A stretch of 64,000 bases of DNA from an uncultured Gemmatimonadales bacterium. GTDB lineage: Bacteria; Gemmatimonadota; Gemmatimonadetes; Gemmatimonadales; GWC2-71-9. A program made the translations under genes and the position numbers. The DNA lies in NCBI GenBank assembly GCA_963825055.1, contig CAWGSK010000012.1:448001-512000 (forward strand), in the 5' to 3' direction. The notes under the pieces are model-generated. The model was given only the letters and a program-made list of their open reading frames with translations, did no database searches and was not told where the DNA came from. Below, piece by piece: positions 52,745-64,000 of the stretch; positions within the stretch are counted from its first letter, which is position 1, and each line of letters begins with the position of its first letter.

Positions 52745-54109
52745 TCAGCGCTCCGCGTCCGGGCCCGCCGGCCACGCGGCGGGGGCGGCGCGTCGCCGGG
52801 GGGCCAGGAAGAAAAAGTCCCACAGGTAGAGCGCGACCCCGATCACGAACAGGAGGCCGGTACCCAGGACCATCAGGAAATGCACCTGGATCTTGTGCTG
52901 GGTATCCAGGTAGCCGAGGCCCAGGATGCGTTCGAGGTAGGTCTGGGTGATACCGGCCGCGGCGAATGCCATGGTCATGCCGAACATGCCGCCGATCTGG
53001 AGCCAGAAGGCCCACACGCCGACGGAGGATTCCCCCGCCTCCTGTTCGTGACCGAAGAGCGCCGGCGCAGCGTAGGTGATCATGGCCAGGACGATCATGA
53101 CGTAGGCGCCGAAGAACGCCATGTGCCCGTGCATGGCCGTGATCATGGTGCCATGAGTCCATTTGTTCACGGCCGGCCAGGTATGGGCGAGGCCGAGGAT
53201 GCCCGCGCCCACCGCCGAGAAAATGGCGCTGCCGATGGTCCAGTGCAGTGCGAGGCGGTTCGGGTGGCCAAACCCGGCGCGGCGCATCGCCATATAGGCG
53301 TAGATCGCCATCCCGAGGAAAGCGAGCGGCTCGAGGGCGCTGAAGATGCCTCCGATGGGCAGCCAGTAATGGGGCACACCGATCCAGAAATAGTGATGGG
53401 CCGTACCGAGAATGCCTGCGATGAACGTCAGCCCCACGATCACGTAGAGCCACTTCTCCATGACCTCGCGATCCGCGCCCGACAACCGGATCAGCAGGTA
53501 GGCGAGCAGGCCACCCTGGACCATCTCCCACACGCCTTCCACCCACAGGTGCACCGTCCACCAGCGGTAGTAGATGCTCAGGGTGTAGTTGTCCCAGGTG
53601 ACCAGCGCGGGCAGGTACAGCAGCGCGGTGAGCACGAGTCCCGCAAACAGGACGCCTTCGGTGGTTGTGAGGCGCTTCGCCTTCCAGATGGTCATGCCGA
53701 GGTTGTAGAGGAACATCAGCATCACGACGACGATGGCGAGCTTCACCGGCAGTGGCTGCTCCAGCAGCTTGTTGCCTTCCGTCCAGCCGAAAAGATACCC
53801 GACGACTGCGGTGACCCCCGTGACGGTCCAGAGCCCGAGCTGCCAGTAGGCGAGGCGGGGGGAATGGAGCTCGGTCCGGGATTCCTCCGGCACCAGCCAG
53901 TACGCTGCCCCCATGAAGCCGGTCAGCACCCACACGATCAGGACGTTGGTGTGGATTTCCTTGGTCACGTCGAACGGGATGATGCCCATGAGGGGGTCGG
54001 GCCCCAGGTACTTCACGATGGACAGCAGCCCGAAGACCATCTGAAGGCCGTACAGCAGGAGGGCGACAACGAAGTAGGGGTAAGCGACAGCCTGCGTCCG
54101 ATAGCGCAT
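52745..54109 (-). CDS. norB: nitric oxide reductase large subunit (cNOR)
   Basis: HTN, HLWVEGVWE, GTAHHY, SALEP and HGH motifs; about 12 TM helices. Confidence 0.94.
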   Translation of the reverse strand: MRYRTQAVAYPYFVVALLLYGLQMVFGLLSIVKYLGPDPLMGIIPFDVTKEIHTNVLIVWVLTGFMGAAYWLVPEESRTELHSPRLAYWQLGLWTVTGVTAVVGYLFGWTEGNKLLEQPLPVKLAIVVVMLMFLYNLGMTIWKAKRLTTTEGVLFAGLVLTALLYLPALVTWDNYTLSIYYRWWTVHLWVEGVWEMVQGGLLAYLLIRLSGADREVMEKWLYVIVGLTFIAGILGTAHHYFWIGVPHYWLPIGGIFSALEPLAFLGMAIYAYMAMRRAGFGHPNRLALHWTIGSAIFSAVGAGILGLAHTWPAVNKWTHGTMITAMHGHMAFFGAYVMIVLAMITYAAPALFGHEQEAGESSVGVWAFWLQIGGMFGMTMAFAAAGITQTYLERILGLGYLDTQHKIQVHFLMVLGTGLLFVIGVALYLWDFFFLAPRRRAAPAAWPAGPDAER

Positions 54110-54121
54110 GTTCGCTCCTGA

Positions 54122-54937
54122 CTACTTCAGGGTCATGAGGTAGGCCACCAGCGCCTCGACCTGTGCCGGTTCCAGCGACTGGGCGAAGGTGGCGGGCATC
54201 ATCGATACTCCGCCGCTGGAGTAGTTCGCTCCGGCGACAATGTCGGCACTTGGGGCAAGAATCGACTCGCGGAGGTATCCCTCGGCGTCCGTGGCGCCGC
54301 CCGTGTATTCCGGCGCCTGCACCCGCGCCGCCGCCGTGGCCGCGATCCCGGCGAGCGAGGGTCCGACCAGGTTCACGCCGGGCGCCGCGGAGTGGCAGGC
54401 GAAGCATCCGGGCGGCGACTGGCGGAACAGCGCCTGGCCCATCGCCACCGGATCATCCGACGCCGCCGCAGGCTCGGGGCCGCCGATGTTGCTGCCGGGC
54501 ACGGTTGCCCCGGAGACCATGATCGGACGCGGTGGCCATCCATTCGTGTTGATCTTCCCGACCCATGTCAGGAAGGCGATCAGGTCATCGATCTCCTCCG
54601 CGCTCAGGTCCTGGTTCGGCATGAGCCGGCGGTCCCGCTCTTCGCTGTAGAACCTTGAGGGATCCTGGAGGAACGAGCGCAGGTACGCGTCGCCGCGCTG
54701 GGCGGCGATGCCGGTCAGGTCCGGCGCGTAGTAGGCTCCCTCGCCCAGCAGCGTGTGGCAGTTGATGCAGTTCTTCCGATGCCAGACGTGCTTCCCCGCG
54801 ATGACCGCGGGCGTGAGCTGGTCCTCATTCGTCAGGCGGGGAACCTGTCGGTGGGTGTCGACCGTCAACCCGAGGAAGATGAGGGCGAACACGATCGTCG
54901 AACCGAGGAAGAACGCGCGGGTCTGTCGCTTGGTCAT
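54122..54937 (-). CDS. norC: nitric oxide reductase cytochrome c subunit with a second heme c domain
   Basis: N-terminal TM, CINCHTLLGEGAYYAPDL and LMP; a second CFACH ... MMP domain. Confidence 0.9.
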   Translation of the reverse strand: MTKRQTRAFFLGSTIVFALIFLGLTVDTHRQVPRLTNEDQLTPAVIAGKHVWHRKNCINCHTLLGEGAYYAPDLTGIAAQRGDAYLRSFLQDPSRFYSEERDRRLMPNQDLSAEEIDDLIAFLTWVGKINTNGWPPRPIMVSGATVPGSNIGGPEPAAASDDPVAMGQALFRQSPPGCFACHSAAPGVNLVGPSLAGIAATAAARVQAPEYTGGATDAEGYLRESILAPSADIVAGANYSSGGVSMMPATFAQSLEPAQVEALVAYLMTLK

Positions 54938-54952
54938 CGGTGATCCCCCGGG

Positions 54953-55093
54953 TCAGACGCCGATCTGGCGGAAATAGCGCAGGGCGATGTACCCGCCATA
55001 GACGGCGGCACCGGCCATGAGGAACAGGATGAGCAGGCAGAGCGCCCGGGTGAGGGCGGTGGTGGTCGGCGGTGCGGCTGGAGCGTTGTCCAT
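54953..55093 (-). CDS. 46-aa single-TM protein, first gene of the nor operon
   Basis: MDNAPAAPPTTTALTRALCLLILFLMAGAAVYGGYIALRYFRQIGV; GGAGG 7 nt upstream; stop 15 nt before norC. Confidence 0.7.
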   Translation of the reverse strand: MDNAPAAPPTTTALTRALCLLILFLMAGAAVYGGYIALRYFRQIGV

Positions 55094-55209
55094 CGCCAGG
55101 CCTCCGGAACGGGAAGGAAGGCGCAAGAACATCGGGGTGGCACGTAGAGATACCGTCAGGCATGCCGGTGCGCAACCCGTGCAACGGCCGCCGGCCCGGG
55201 CGTGATGGA

Positions 55210-55632
55210 TCAGGGGGTCTGTTCCGGATGCCCCGGTGCACCGGGGGGCCGGCCACTTTGCGCGGCGTCAAGCCATCGTTCCCACGCTGGCATCGGATCG
55301 CGCGAACGACGGACCGCTTCTGACGCGAACGCGACTGCCCGCGCCGACTGCAGGCCGGCTTCCGCCGGGTTGCCCTCGGCCCGGAGGATGGCGGACTTGA
55401 GGGCGAGCAGTTGCGCATAAGCGAAGAGGCGGTCGGGATCGTGCAGGATATCGGCGGCGGCGGCCGGGTCGAGGCGCGGCACCACCAGGGCCAGACCCGC
55501 CAGGAGGCGGTCCAGCGCCGCTTCGACCTCCTCCCGGGCTGCAGAGAGGTCGCCCGGGTCACCCGTACCAAGCAGCCGCGCGATAAGCCGGCCGAGCTGC
55601 TCGATCCAGCGCATGACGACGTCGCGCTGCAC
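55210..55632 (-). CDS. hypothetical helical protein
   Basis: QRDVVMRWIEQLGRLIARLL start; GTG 4 nt after the tadA stop. Confidence 0.65.
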   Translation of the reverse strand: MQRDVVMRWIEQLGRLIARLLGTGDPGDLSAAREEVEAALDRLLAGLALVVPRLDPAAAADILHDPDRLFAYAQLLALKSAILRAEGNPAEAGLQSARAVAFASEAVRRSRDPMPAWERWLDAAQSGRPPGAPGHPEQTP

Positions 55633-55636
55633 GGCG

Positions 55637-58723
<3,087 letters not shown>

Positions 58724-58820
58724 TGCATCCTCATCCAGTTTCGGGGTACCGGCCCTCAAATATCATGTATATAATCACTTACGGAGTTGCCAACACACGC
58801 CATATATCCACCATCAAAGG

Positions 58821-58836
58821 GGCAATTCGCGTACCC
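58821..58836 (-). promoter_or_regulatory. putative sigma54 (-24/-12) promoter of clpB
   Basis: The - strand reads gGGTACG-CGAA-TTGCc (GG-N10-GC with TTGC), about 98 nt upstream of the ATG. Confidence 0.5.
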
Positions 58837-58922
58837 GGCAACCCGGCCTTTTTGGCAGACCGACCGGGGCAGGAATGGGCCCGTCGTGCCGATTCGGCAA
58901 TGAAAACCGGCGGCCGGGAAGC

Positions 58923-59378
58923 TCATGCTCCCCCACCGCCGGTCGGCCGGTCGGCCCGCACATCCTTGCGAACGATCATCTTCCTGGTGCTCACGCGCTC
59001 ACCATCGACGATCAACTGGTAGTAGTACACCCCGGGGGTCACTTCCCGTCCGTCGAGGTAATTGCCGTCCCACCAGGCTTCGTGCTCCCCGCATGACAGC
59101 GGCAGGTTCTCGATCCTCTCGCCCGCCCCGCCCTGGAGCACGGGAATGGCGACGACCTGGACCAGGACGTTGTAAATCCTCAAGCTGACGACCGGTTTGC
59201 GATTGCTGCTGCAGGCCTCCGAGTTGATGACGAACGGTATCGTCGTCGCCGGGAAGAACGGGTTGGGCATGTTGTCCCGCAGGACACCCTTCGGTGGATC
59301 CGGCTGTTGAGCCCCTGCGGGCGCCGTGATCCCCAGAAGGAGGCCAACCCACACTACCGGCAGTACGCGCCGGAACAT
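58923..59378 (-). CDS. small exported protein, FlgD-Ig / T9SS-CTD-like domain
   Basis: Signal peptide; NMPNPF..TTIPF, LRIYNVL and WDG...GVYYYQL motifs; AAGGAG SD. Confidence 0.75.
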   Translation of the reverse strand: MFRRVLPVVWVGLLLGITAPAGAQQPDPPKGVLRDNMPNPFFPATTIPFVINSEACSSNRKPVVSLRIYNVLVQVVAIPVLQGGAGERIENLPLSCGEHEAWWDGNYLDGREVTPGVYYYQLIVDGERVSTRKMIVRKDVRADRPTGGGGA

Positions 59379-59450
59379 GGGTACTCCTTACTTACAGGAA
59401 ATCACGAGCCGATATGGCACCTCCAGCGGGAAATCGGGTACGACTGAAAC

Positions 59451-61298
59451 CTATATCTCCGCGGGGCCCCGGGAAAGCGGCGACACCAGCACGCGGCGCT
59501 CACCGATCCGGCGGGTGATGCCGGTCCGGTCAGACCATTCCAGCAGTGGAATGAGGAACTTCCGGGACAGCCCCAGCCGTTCCCGGAGCGCGGCCGGGGT
59601 GATCTCCCCCTCGTCCCCCACCTCGGTCAGGGCGCGGGTCCAGCCCTCCAGGGCCTCCCTCCCATAGAAGTGGTCCCGGTCCACCCGGCTCACGAGACCA
59701 CGGCCCTCCGCGATCCGGAGGGCCGCCTCCACACCCTCCCTCTCGCCCCCAAGGTCTCCCAGTGACGGCGGAGTGAGGCCACCTGACCGGATCACGTCCA
59801 TGAGGTGATCGAGTCGAGCTTCCCCGCCCGGTACCCGGGCTGCATGGCCGGGCCGGCGGACCACGGACCCGTCCAGGGTCACGCGCCCCTCCCTTCCCGC
59901 AGCATCGATGGCGGCTTCCACGATGCCTGGCGGGGCCCGGAGGGAGCTTCTGAGGGTCTCGAGAGGGATCCCCGGGAGGGCTGGATGGTCGCGATGGAAC
60001 TCCTCCACCAGCCTCGAGGCCTCCCCCGCCAGCCTCCTGAGCCGGTCCGAGGGAACGATGCGGTCCCCGGCAATGGTCGAACGGCCGTCCGCGCTCGCCG
60101 TCCAGTTCGCCGGGACGCCGAGGAGAATGGGAAGGTCGGCGAGCAACACCCCGTTTCGGCGCCGCCCTGCCAGGGCGTCGAGCCGTGCGGCAGGATCGAC
60201 GTCGTCCAGGCCGGCGGGCCAGGCCCGGATGTCCCGCGAGGCCAGCGGATCCAGGATGCGGCCGCCGCCGACGGTGCCAACGGGGCTGTAGCTGCGGAGC
60301 ACGAAGCGGTCGCCCCCGCGACAGGCGAGAGGGGATTCCAGGTGAAGGCGCGCCATTCCCTCCTCGCCTGGCGCTATCGCCTTTCGGGGGCTCACCCGCG
60401 CCATGACCTCGGCCGTACCGAGGTGAAGCCGCACTCGCGTTCCCATTCGCAGGGTCTTCGTCGCACCGGGAACCAGCCTGACATGCGCATCGATCACGCT
60501 CGTGAGCGCCCACGGATCCCCCTCGCGCACGAGCATCTCGCCGCGGCCCAGGCCATCGCGCGACACTCCGGACAGACCCACCGCGATGCGCTGTCCCGCC
60601 ACCCCGCGCTCCACCTCCACTCCGTGGCGCTGTACGGTGCGCACACGCCCGGACCGGCCAGAGGTGAGGAATCGCACCGTGTCGCCGGCGGCCACGCTTC
60701 CGGTCCACAGCGTTCCGGTGACGACCGTACCGGTTCCGGCCACGCTGAAGACACGGTCCACCGGAAGGCGCAGGAGGTCTGACGCATCACGGCGATTGTC
60801 CACGCGCGCGATGTCCGCGAGCGCCAAGCGGAGCGATGCGATCCCGGCGCCATCCCGGGCGGAAACCCGATGCACCGGCCCGAACCTCACAGTGGACGCG
60901 GCGAGCCGCTCGCGAAGCTCTTCCTCGACCAGACCAATCCACTCCGGCGTGGCGAGATCGCACTTGGTGATGACGGGAATACCGAAGGGAACGTCGAGCT
61001 GTTCCACGACGTCCAGATGTTCGCGGGTCTGGGGCATGATCCCCTCGTCGGCCGCAACGACCAGTAGCACCACGTCCATGCCGGCGGCCCCGGCCACCAT
61101 CGTCCGGACGAAGTCTTCATGGCCGGGCACATCCACCACGCCGGCCACGGTGCCTTCCAGCTCGAGGGGCGCGAAGTTCAGGTCAATGGTGATCCCGCGC
61201 GCGCGCTCCTCGCGCAGGCGATCCACGCCCCGGCCGGTCAGGGCCTCCACGAGGGCGGACTTCCCGTGGTCGATGTGGCCGGCGGTGCCGATGATCAC
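59451..61298 (-). CDS. selB: selenocysteine-specific elongation factor
   Basis: GTAGHIDHGKS, DVPGHE, GDRFVLR and the C-terminal winged-helix SRKFLIPLLE. Confidence 0.95.
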   Translation of the reverse strand: MIIGTAGHIDHGKSALVEALTGRGVDRLREERARGITIDLNFAPLELEGTVAGVVDVPGHEDFVRTMVAGAAGMDVVLLVVAADEGIMPQTREHLDVVEQLDVPFGIPVITKCDLATPEWIGLVEEELRERLAASTVRFGPVHRVSARDGAGIASLRLALADIARVDNRRDASDLLRLPVDRVFSVAGTGTVVTGTLWTGSVAAGDTVRFLTSGRSGRVRTVQRHGVEVERGVAGQRIAVGLSGVSRDGLGRGEMLVREGDPWALTSVIDAHVRLVPGATKTLRMGTRVRLHLGTAEVMARVSPRKAIAPGEEGMARLHLESPLACRGGDRFVLRSYSPVGTVGGGRILDPLASRDIRAWPAGLDDVDPAARLDALAGRRRNGVLLADLPILLGVPANWTASADGRSTIAGDRIVPSDRLRRLAGEASRLVEEFHRDHPALPGIPLETLRSSLRAPPGIVEAAIDAAGREGRVTLDGSVVRRPGHAARVPGGEARLDHLMDVIRSGGLTPPSLGDLGGEREGVEAALRIAEGRGLVSRVDRDHFYGREALEGWTRALTEVGDEGEITPAALRERLGLSRKFLIPLLEWSDRTGITRRIGERRVLVSPLSRGPAEI

Positions 61299-62053
61299 GC
61301 CGCGTGCCAGGCCTGTCGCAGCCAGAACTCGAGCGCGGGCAGCCGGGCTCCCTCGCCAAGGTGCTGGTGGACGTAGCGGTGCAGGAGACGGCGGTGGGCC
61401 ATGGCATGGGGCGCATCCAGGGAGGGGAGCGCCGACGAGGGCTCCAGCAGCGCGGCAAGATCGGCGCGATCTCCGGCGGCGAGCACCGCGGTCGACGTGC
61501 TGCGCGCGCAGGCTGCGCAGACGGCTCCCCCTTCAGTGGAGCTGAAGTGGAGGGCCCCGGGCGGGATCGGCAGTCCGTCCCGTACACACGCGTCCAGCAC
61601 CGGTGTGAATCCCAGCTCCGACACCAGCCCCCAGATGCGGCGGAGGCCGGTCGCGTCGACTTCCGACTCGGCGACCACTTCCAGCGCGTCGAGGCTCTCC
61701 CGCAGGAGGTCGAACAACTCCGGGTGCCAGTCTGCCGGGGCAAAGCGCACCATCAGCTCGGCCAGGACCATGGCCCCCGCATACCGTCCCATCCCCGACG
61801 TGAGCGCCAGGCGGACGCGAGTAACATCAAAGGCGACGAGGGGATGCATGTCCCGGTTGTCGCGGAGCATGAACTGCGCCTCGCCTTCGCTCAGGACCTG
61901 CAGCGCGGCCCCGAACCGGCTCTTCGGACGGAGCGCCCCACGGGCGATCGCGCTCTGCACCCCATGCTCACGGGTGGCGAGCCGCAGCACCTTGCTGGTC
62001 TCGCGATAGCGCCACGTGGCGAGAACGATGGCAGGCGTGGTGACGAGGGCCAT
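61295..62053 (-). CDS. recO: DNA repair protein RecO
   Basis: YRETSK, ARGALRPKSRFG and a zinc-finger-like CxxD..CxxC. Confidence 0.9.
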   Translation of the reverse strand: MALVTTPAIVLATWRYRETSKVLRLATREHGVQSAIARGALRPKSRFGAALQVLSEGEAQFMLRDNRDMHPLVAFDVTRVRLALTSGMGRYAGAMVLAELMVRFAPADWHPELFDLLRESLDALEVVAESEVDATGLRRIWGLVSELGFTPVLDACVRDGLPIPPGALHFSSTEGGAVCAACARSTSTAVLAAGDRADLAALLEPSSALPSLDAPHAMAHRRLLHRYVHQHLGEGARLPALEFWLRQAWHAA

Positions 62054-62085
62054 GCCGGAATGTACGGTGGCCCGGGCCCGATTCT

Positions 62086-63135
62086 CTACTGGACCGGGGG
62101 GATACTCGTGACGGTGCTCCCGAACGCGCACTCCCCGAGCGTGATGGTCCCGCTCTCGGTCAGGTCGTCACGGAGGACGTGGGCCTCGCCGGGCTGGCCG
62201 GCCTGGCAGGGGCCCGTGGAAATGGCGTAAATCCGCCCCTGGCTGTCCACGGAAACGTCGGCGTTCCCGGGGATGTCCACCCCGTTCCCCGCCCCGCGGA
62301 CCACCGTGCGCGTCCGGGTGTCGAACTCCATCAGCCCCTCCGTGAATGAGCTGATGAAGAGGCGGTCGTCAGCTCCGACGGCGATGGCCCCCGGCCCGGT
62401 GCCGAAGCCGCCGAAGCTCGCCACCTCCGTGCGGGCCACGGGATCCACGATCGACAGCCGGCCCACCCCGGTGAAGTAGTCGCCGCTGCTCACCACGTAC
62501 AGAAGCCCGTCCGTCCCTTCCGCGGCAAAGCCGGCATTGCCCGGCCCGGGAAGCGGGATGGAATCGATCCCGGTGGCGTGCTGGTTGGTGACCGGATCGA
62601 TCACCGTCACCCAGCTCGGCCCGGCGGGAGCGAAGTTCACCAGGTTGCCGTTCAGCACGAACACGCGTCCGCGGGTGGCGATAATGGCCTGCGGATAGAC
62701 GCCCACGGCCACGCTGGCGGTGTCACCCGACTGGAGGTTGATGCGGGTCACCGTGTTGAGCAGGGGATTGGCGACATAGGCCAGGGTGTCGTTCACAATG
62801 GCGGATCCGGTCGCGCCACCGCCGGCGGGGAGCGGAATGATGCGTACACCAAGGGAGGCCAGGCTGATCACGGCAACGGCATTGTCGGCACCCAGAGGCA
62901 CCAGGGCCGTGCCTCCCCGGGCGGACACCCCGACCGGCGTGGGCGCCGTCCCCCCCAGTGGGAGGGTGACCGCCGCGGCAGGGGCGGCAACCGGCACGAC
63001 GCGAAGCGTCGCCTCGGTGCTGTTGACGACAAGGAGCACCTCCTCCGCTGGCGGGAGTGGGGCCGTCGTCTCGGCGCAGGCCCCGAGGATGGACACGAGG
63101 GCGATGAGGCACGCAGGGCGGAGGAAGGGCGTCAT
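62086..63135 (-). CDS. YncE/YVTN beta-propeller lipoprotein
   Basis: Lipobox LGAC; YVAN and VGVYP repeats; ATGA-coupled to the TonB receptor. Confidence 0.8.
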   Translation of the reverse strand: MTPFLRPACLIALVSILGACAETTAPLPPAEEVLLVVNSTEATLRVVPVAAPAAAVTLPLGGTAPTPVGVSARGGTALVPLGADNAVAVISLASLGVRIIPLPAGGGATGSAIVNDTLAYVANPLLNTVTRINLQSGDTASVAVGVYPQAIIATRGRVFVLNGNLVNFAPAGPSWVTVIDPVTNQHATGIDSIPLPGPGNAGFAAEGTDGLLYVVSSGDYFTGVGRLSIVDPVARTEVASFGGFGTGPGAIAVGADDRLFISSFTEGLMEFDTRTRTVVRGAGNGVDIPGNADVSVDSQGRIYAISTGPCQAGQPGEAHVLRDDLTESGTITLGECAFGSTVTSIPPVQ

Positions 63136-63998
63136 GGCAGGTTCACGGTAAGGGTAAGCGCGGCGGAACGGCCCGGCGTGGGATATCCCGCAATGTAGGT
63201 GGCTCGTTCGTCGAGGAGGTCCTGAACATCGACGCGGAGGGCGGCGTACGACGTTACGCGTCGCTCGAGCCCCCCGTCGAGAAGGTTGATCGGTGGCAAC
63301 GGGTTCTGGCCGGCGCCGTTGGGATACCGGCGCCCGATCCGGTGCCAGCGCAGGTCTATCCGCCAGGATCCGGGCGTCCAGGAGAGGTCCGAGGACACGG
63401 TCGAGCGAGGACGGTACTGCACCTGGGTACCCGAGGGGATATAGGTCACGGGCGTCCAGGTCGCCGTAGCGCCGGCGCTGAGATTCGGACGCGGCTTCGC
63501 ACGGAGTACGATTCCGGCGCCGCCCCGACGGACATCGAAGTTCCTCGGGCTCCACACGAACCTGAAGTCGGGACTCCAGAGGATCATGTCGTCCACCCGG
63601 CCGTACTGCAGGCGGATTGAGCCTTCGACCGGCATGCCGAGCGCGAGGCCGTGCCGGGTGATGCCGGCCTGCACCTCCCACCGCACCCGTTCCGGCCGCA
63701 AGTCAGGATTGAGGGCAACGCCGACCCCTTCCCGGAAGAACAGGTCGGAAAGCGCCGGCGCGGTCACGGCGCTCCCCAGCCCGGCCGACAGGGTCGTCGC
63801 ACTCTTCGTCCACGCAACATCGACCCGACCGCTCGCCACCGGGGAGCCATCGGTCCACCAGTCGAGCCGGAGTGCGGGCGCAACGCTCCACCACGCGTCG
63901 CCGCCCCGGGTGACCGTCGCACTCCAGCCCACAGCGCCGCGATCGAACGACGCCCCCCGGCGGACACCGTCGCCCCGATAGGCATCGTGGCGGGCCTC
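63132..63998 (-). CDS. TonB-dependent receptor, C-terminal part (truncated by window edge)
   Basis: APALSDLF, LNPDLRPE, DLLD and GYPTPGR barrel motifs; frame is open to the window end. Confidence 0.85.
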   Translation of the reverse strand, partial: EARHDAYRGDGVRRGASFDRGAVGWSATVTRGGDAWWSVAPALRLDWWTDGSPVASGRVDVAWTKSATTLSAGLGSAVTAPALSDLFFREGVGVALNPDLRPERVRWEVQAGITRHGLALGMPVEGSIRLQYGRVDDMILWSPDFRFVWSPRNFDVRRGGAGIVLRAKPRPNLSAGATATWTPVTYIPSGTQVQYRPRSTVSSDLSWTPGSWRIDLRWHRIGRRYPNGAGQNPLPPINLLDGGLERRVTSYAALRVDVQDLLDERATYIAGYPTPGRSAALTLTVNLP

Positions 63999-64000
63999 GA

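Noticed and set aside
55130..55190. sigma54 or FNR/DNR site upstream of the nor operon
   Set aside because: TGGCACG is on the wrong strand and lacks TTGC at -12. TTGCACGGGTTGCG lacks the -24 GG spacing. No TTGAT-N4-ATCAA was found.
58755..58782. Second dif-like sequence (ATCA-TGTATA-TAAT core) upstream of clpB
   Set aside because: Only the core resembles dif; the outer XerD arm (GTTAAAT) is absent, and a much better site exists at 9948-9975.

Overview
High-GC chromosomal segment of a diderm bacterium. The gene set and sequence style point to Gemmatimonadota, which is an inference. Most of it is core genome. On the + strand: der-plsY-gpsA-merR-surE-pcm-dedA-acyP-apt-tRNA-Arg. A clear Xer dif site lies at 9948-9975, where gene orientation flips, so this is probably the replication terminus; a xerD-type gene is 20 kb away. 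A long - strand operon follows: kdsB-pyrG-kdsA-kdsC-kdsD-lptC-lptA-lptB-rpoN-GT2-GT4-flippase-yfhO-GT2-dapF. Further on are futalosine-pathway genes (mqnE/A/C), ispF, peptidases, a Ser/Thr kinase, a metal-uptake operon, tRNA-Ser, a nitric oxide reductase cluster (norC/B/Q/D), tadA, clpB, selB, recO and part of a TonB-dependent receptor. Top candidate for an undescribed system: a His/Cys-rich, signal-peptide-bearing leader ORF (43190-43534) ending in an RAPP ribosome-arrest motif. Its last 12 nt can pair with the Shine-Dalgarno region of the downstream porin/Zn-Mn ABC operon, suggesting a metal-sensing translational attenuator. Other notable points: an atypical cNOR (di-heme NorC, Lys in place of the Ca2+-ligand Glu, and a 46-aa membrane gene missing from the ORF track); several apparently leaderless genes; three genes that seem to need ATT, CTG or ACG start codons; and three single-base frameshifts (dapF, yfhO, clpB) that may be assembly errors. 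No CRISPR, rRNA, transposase or prophage was seen.
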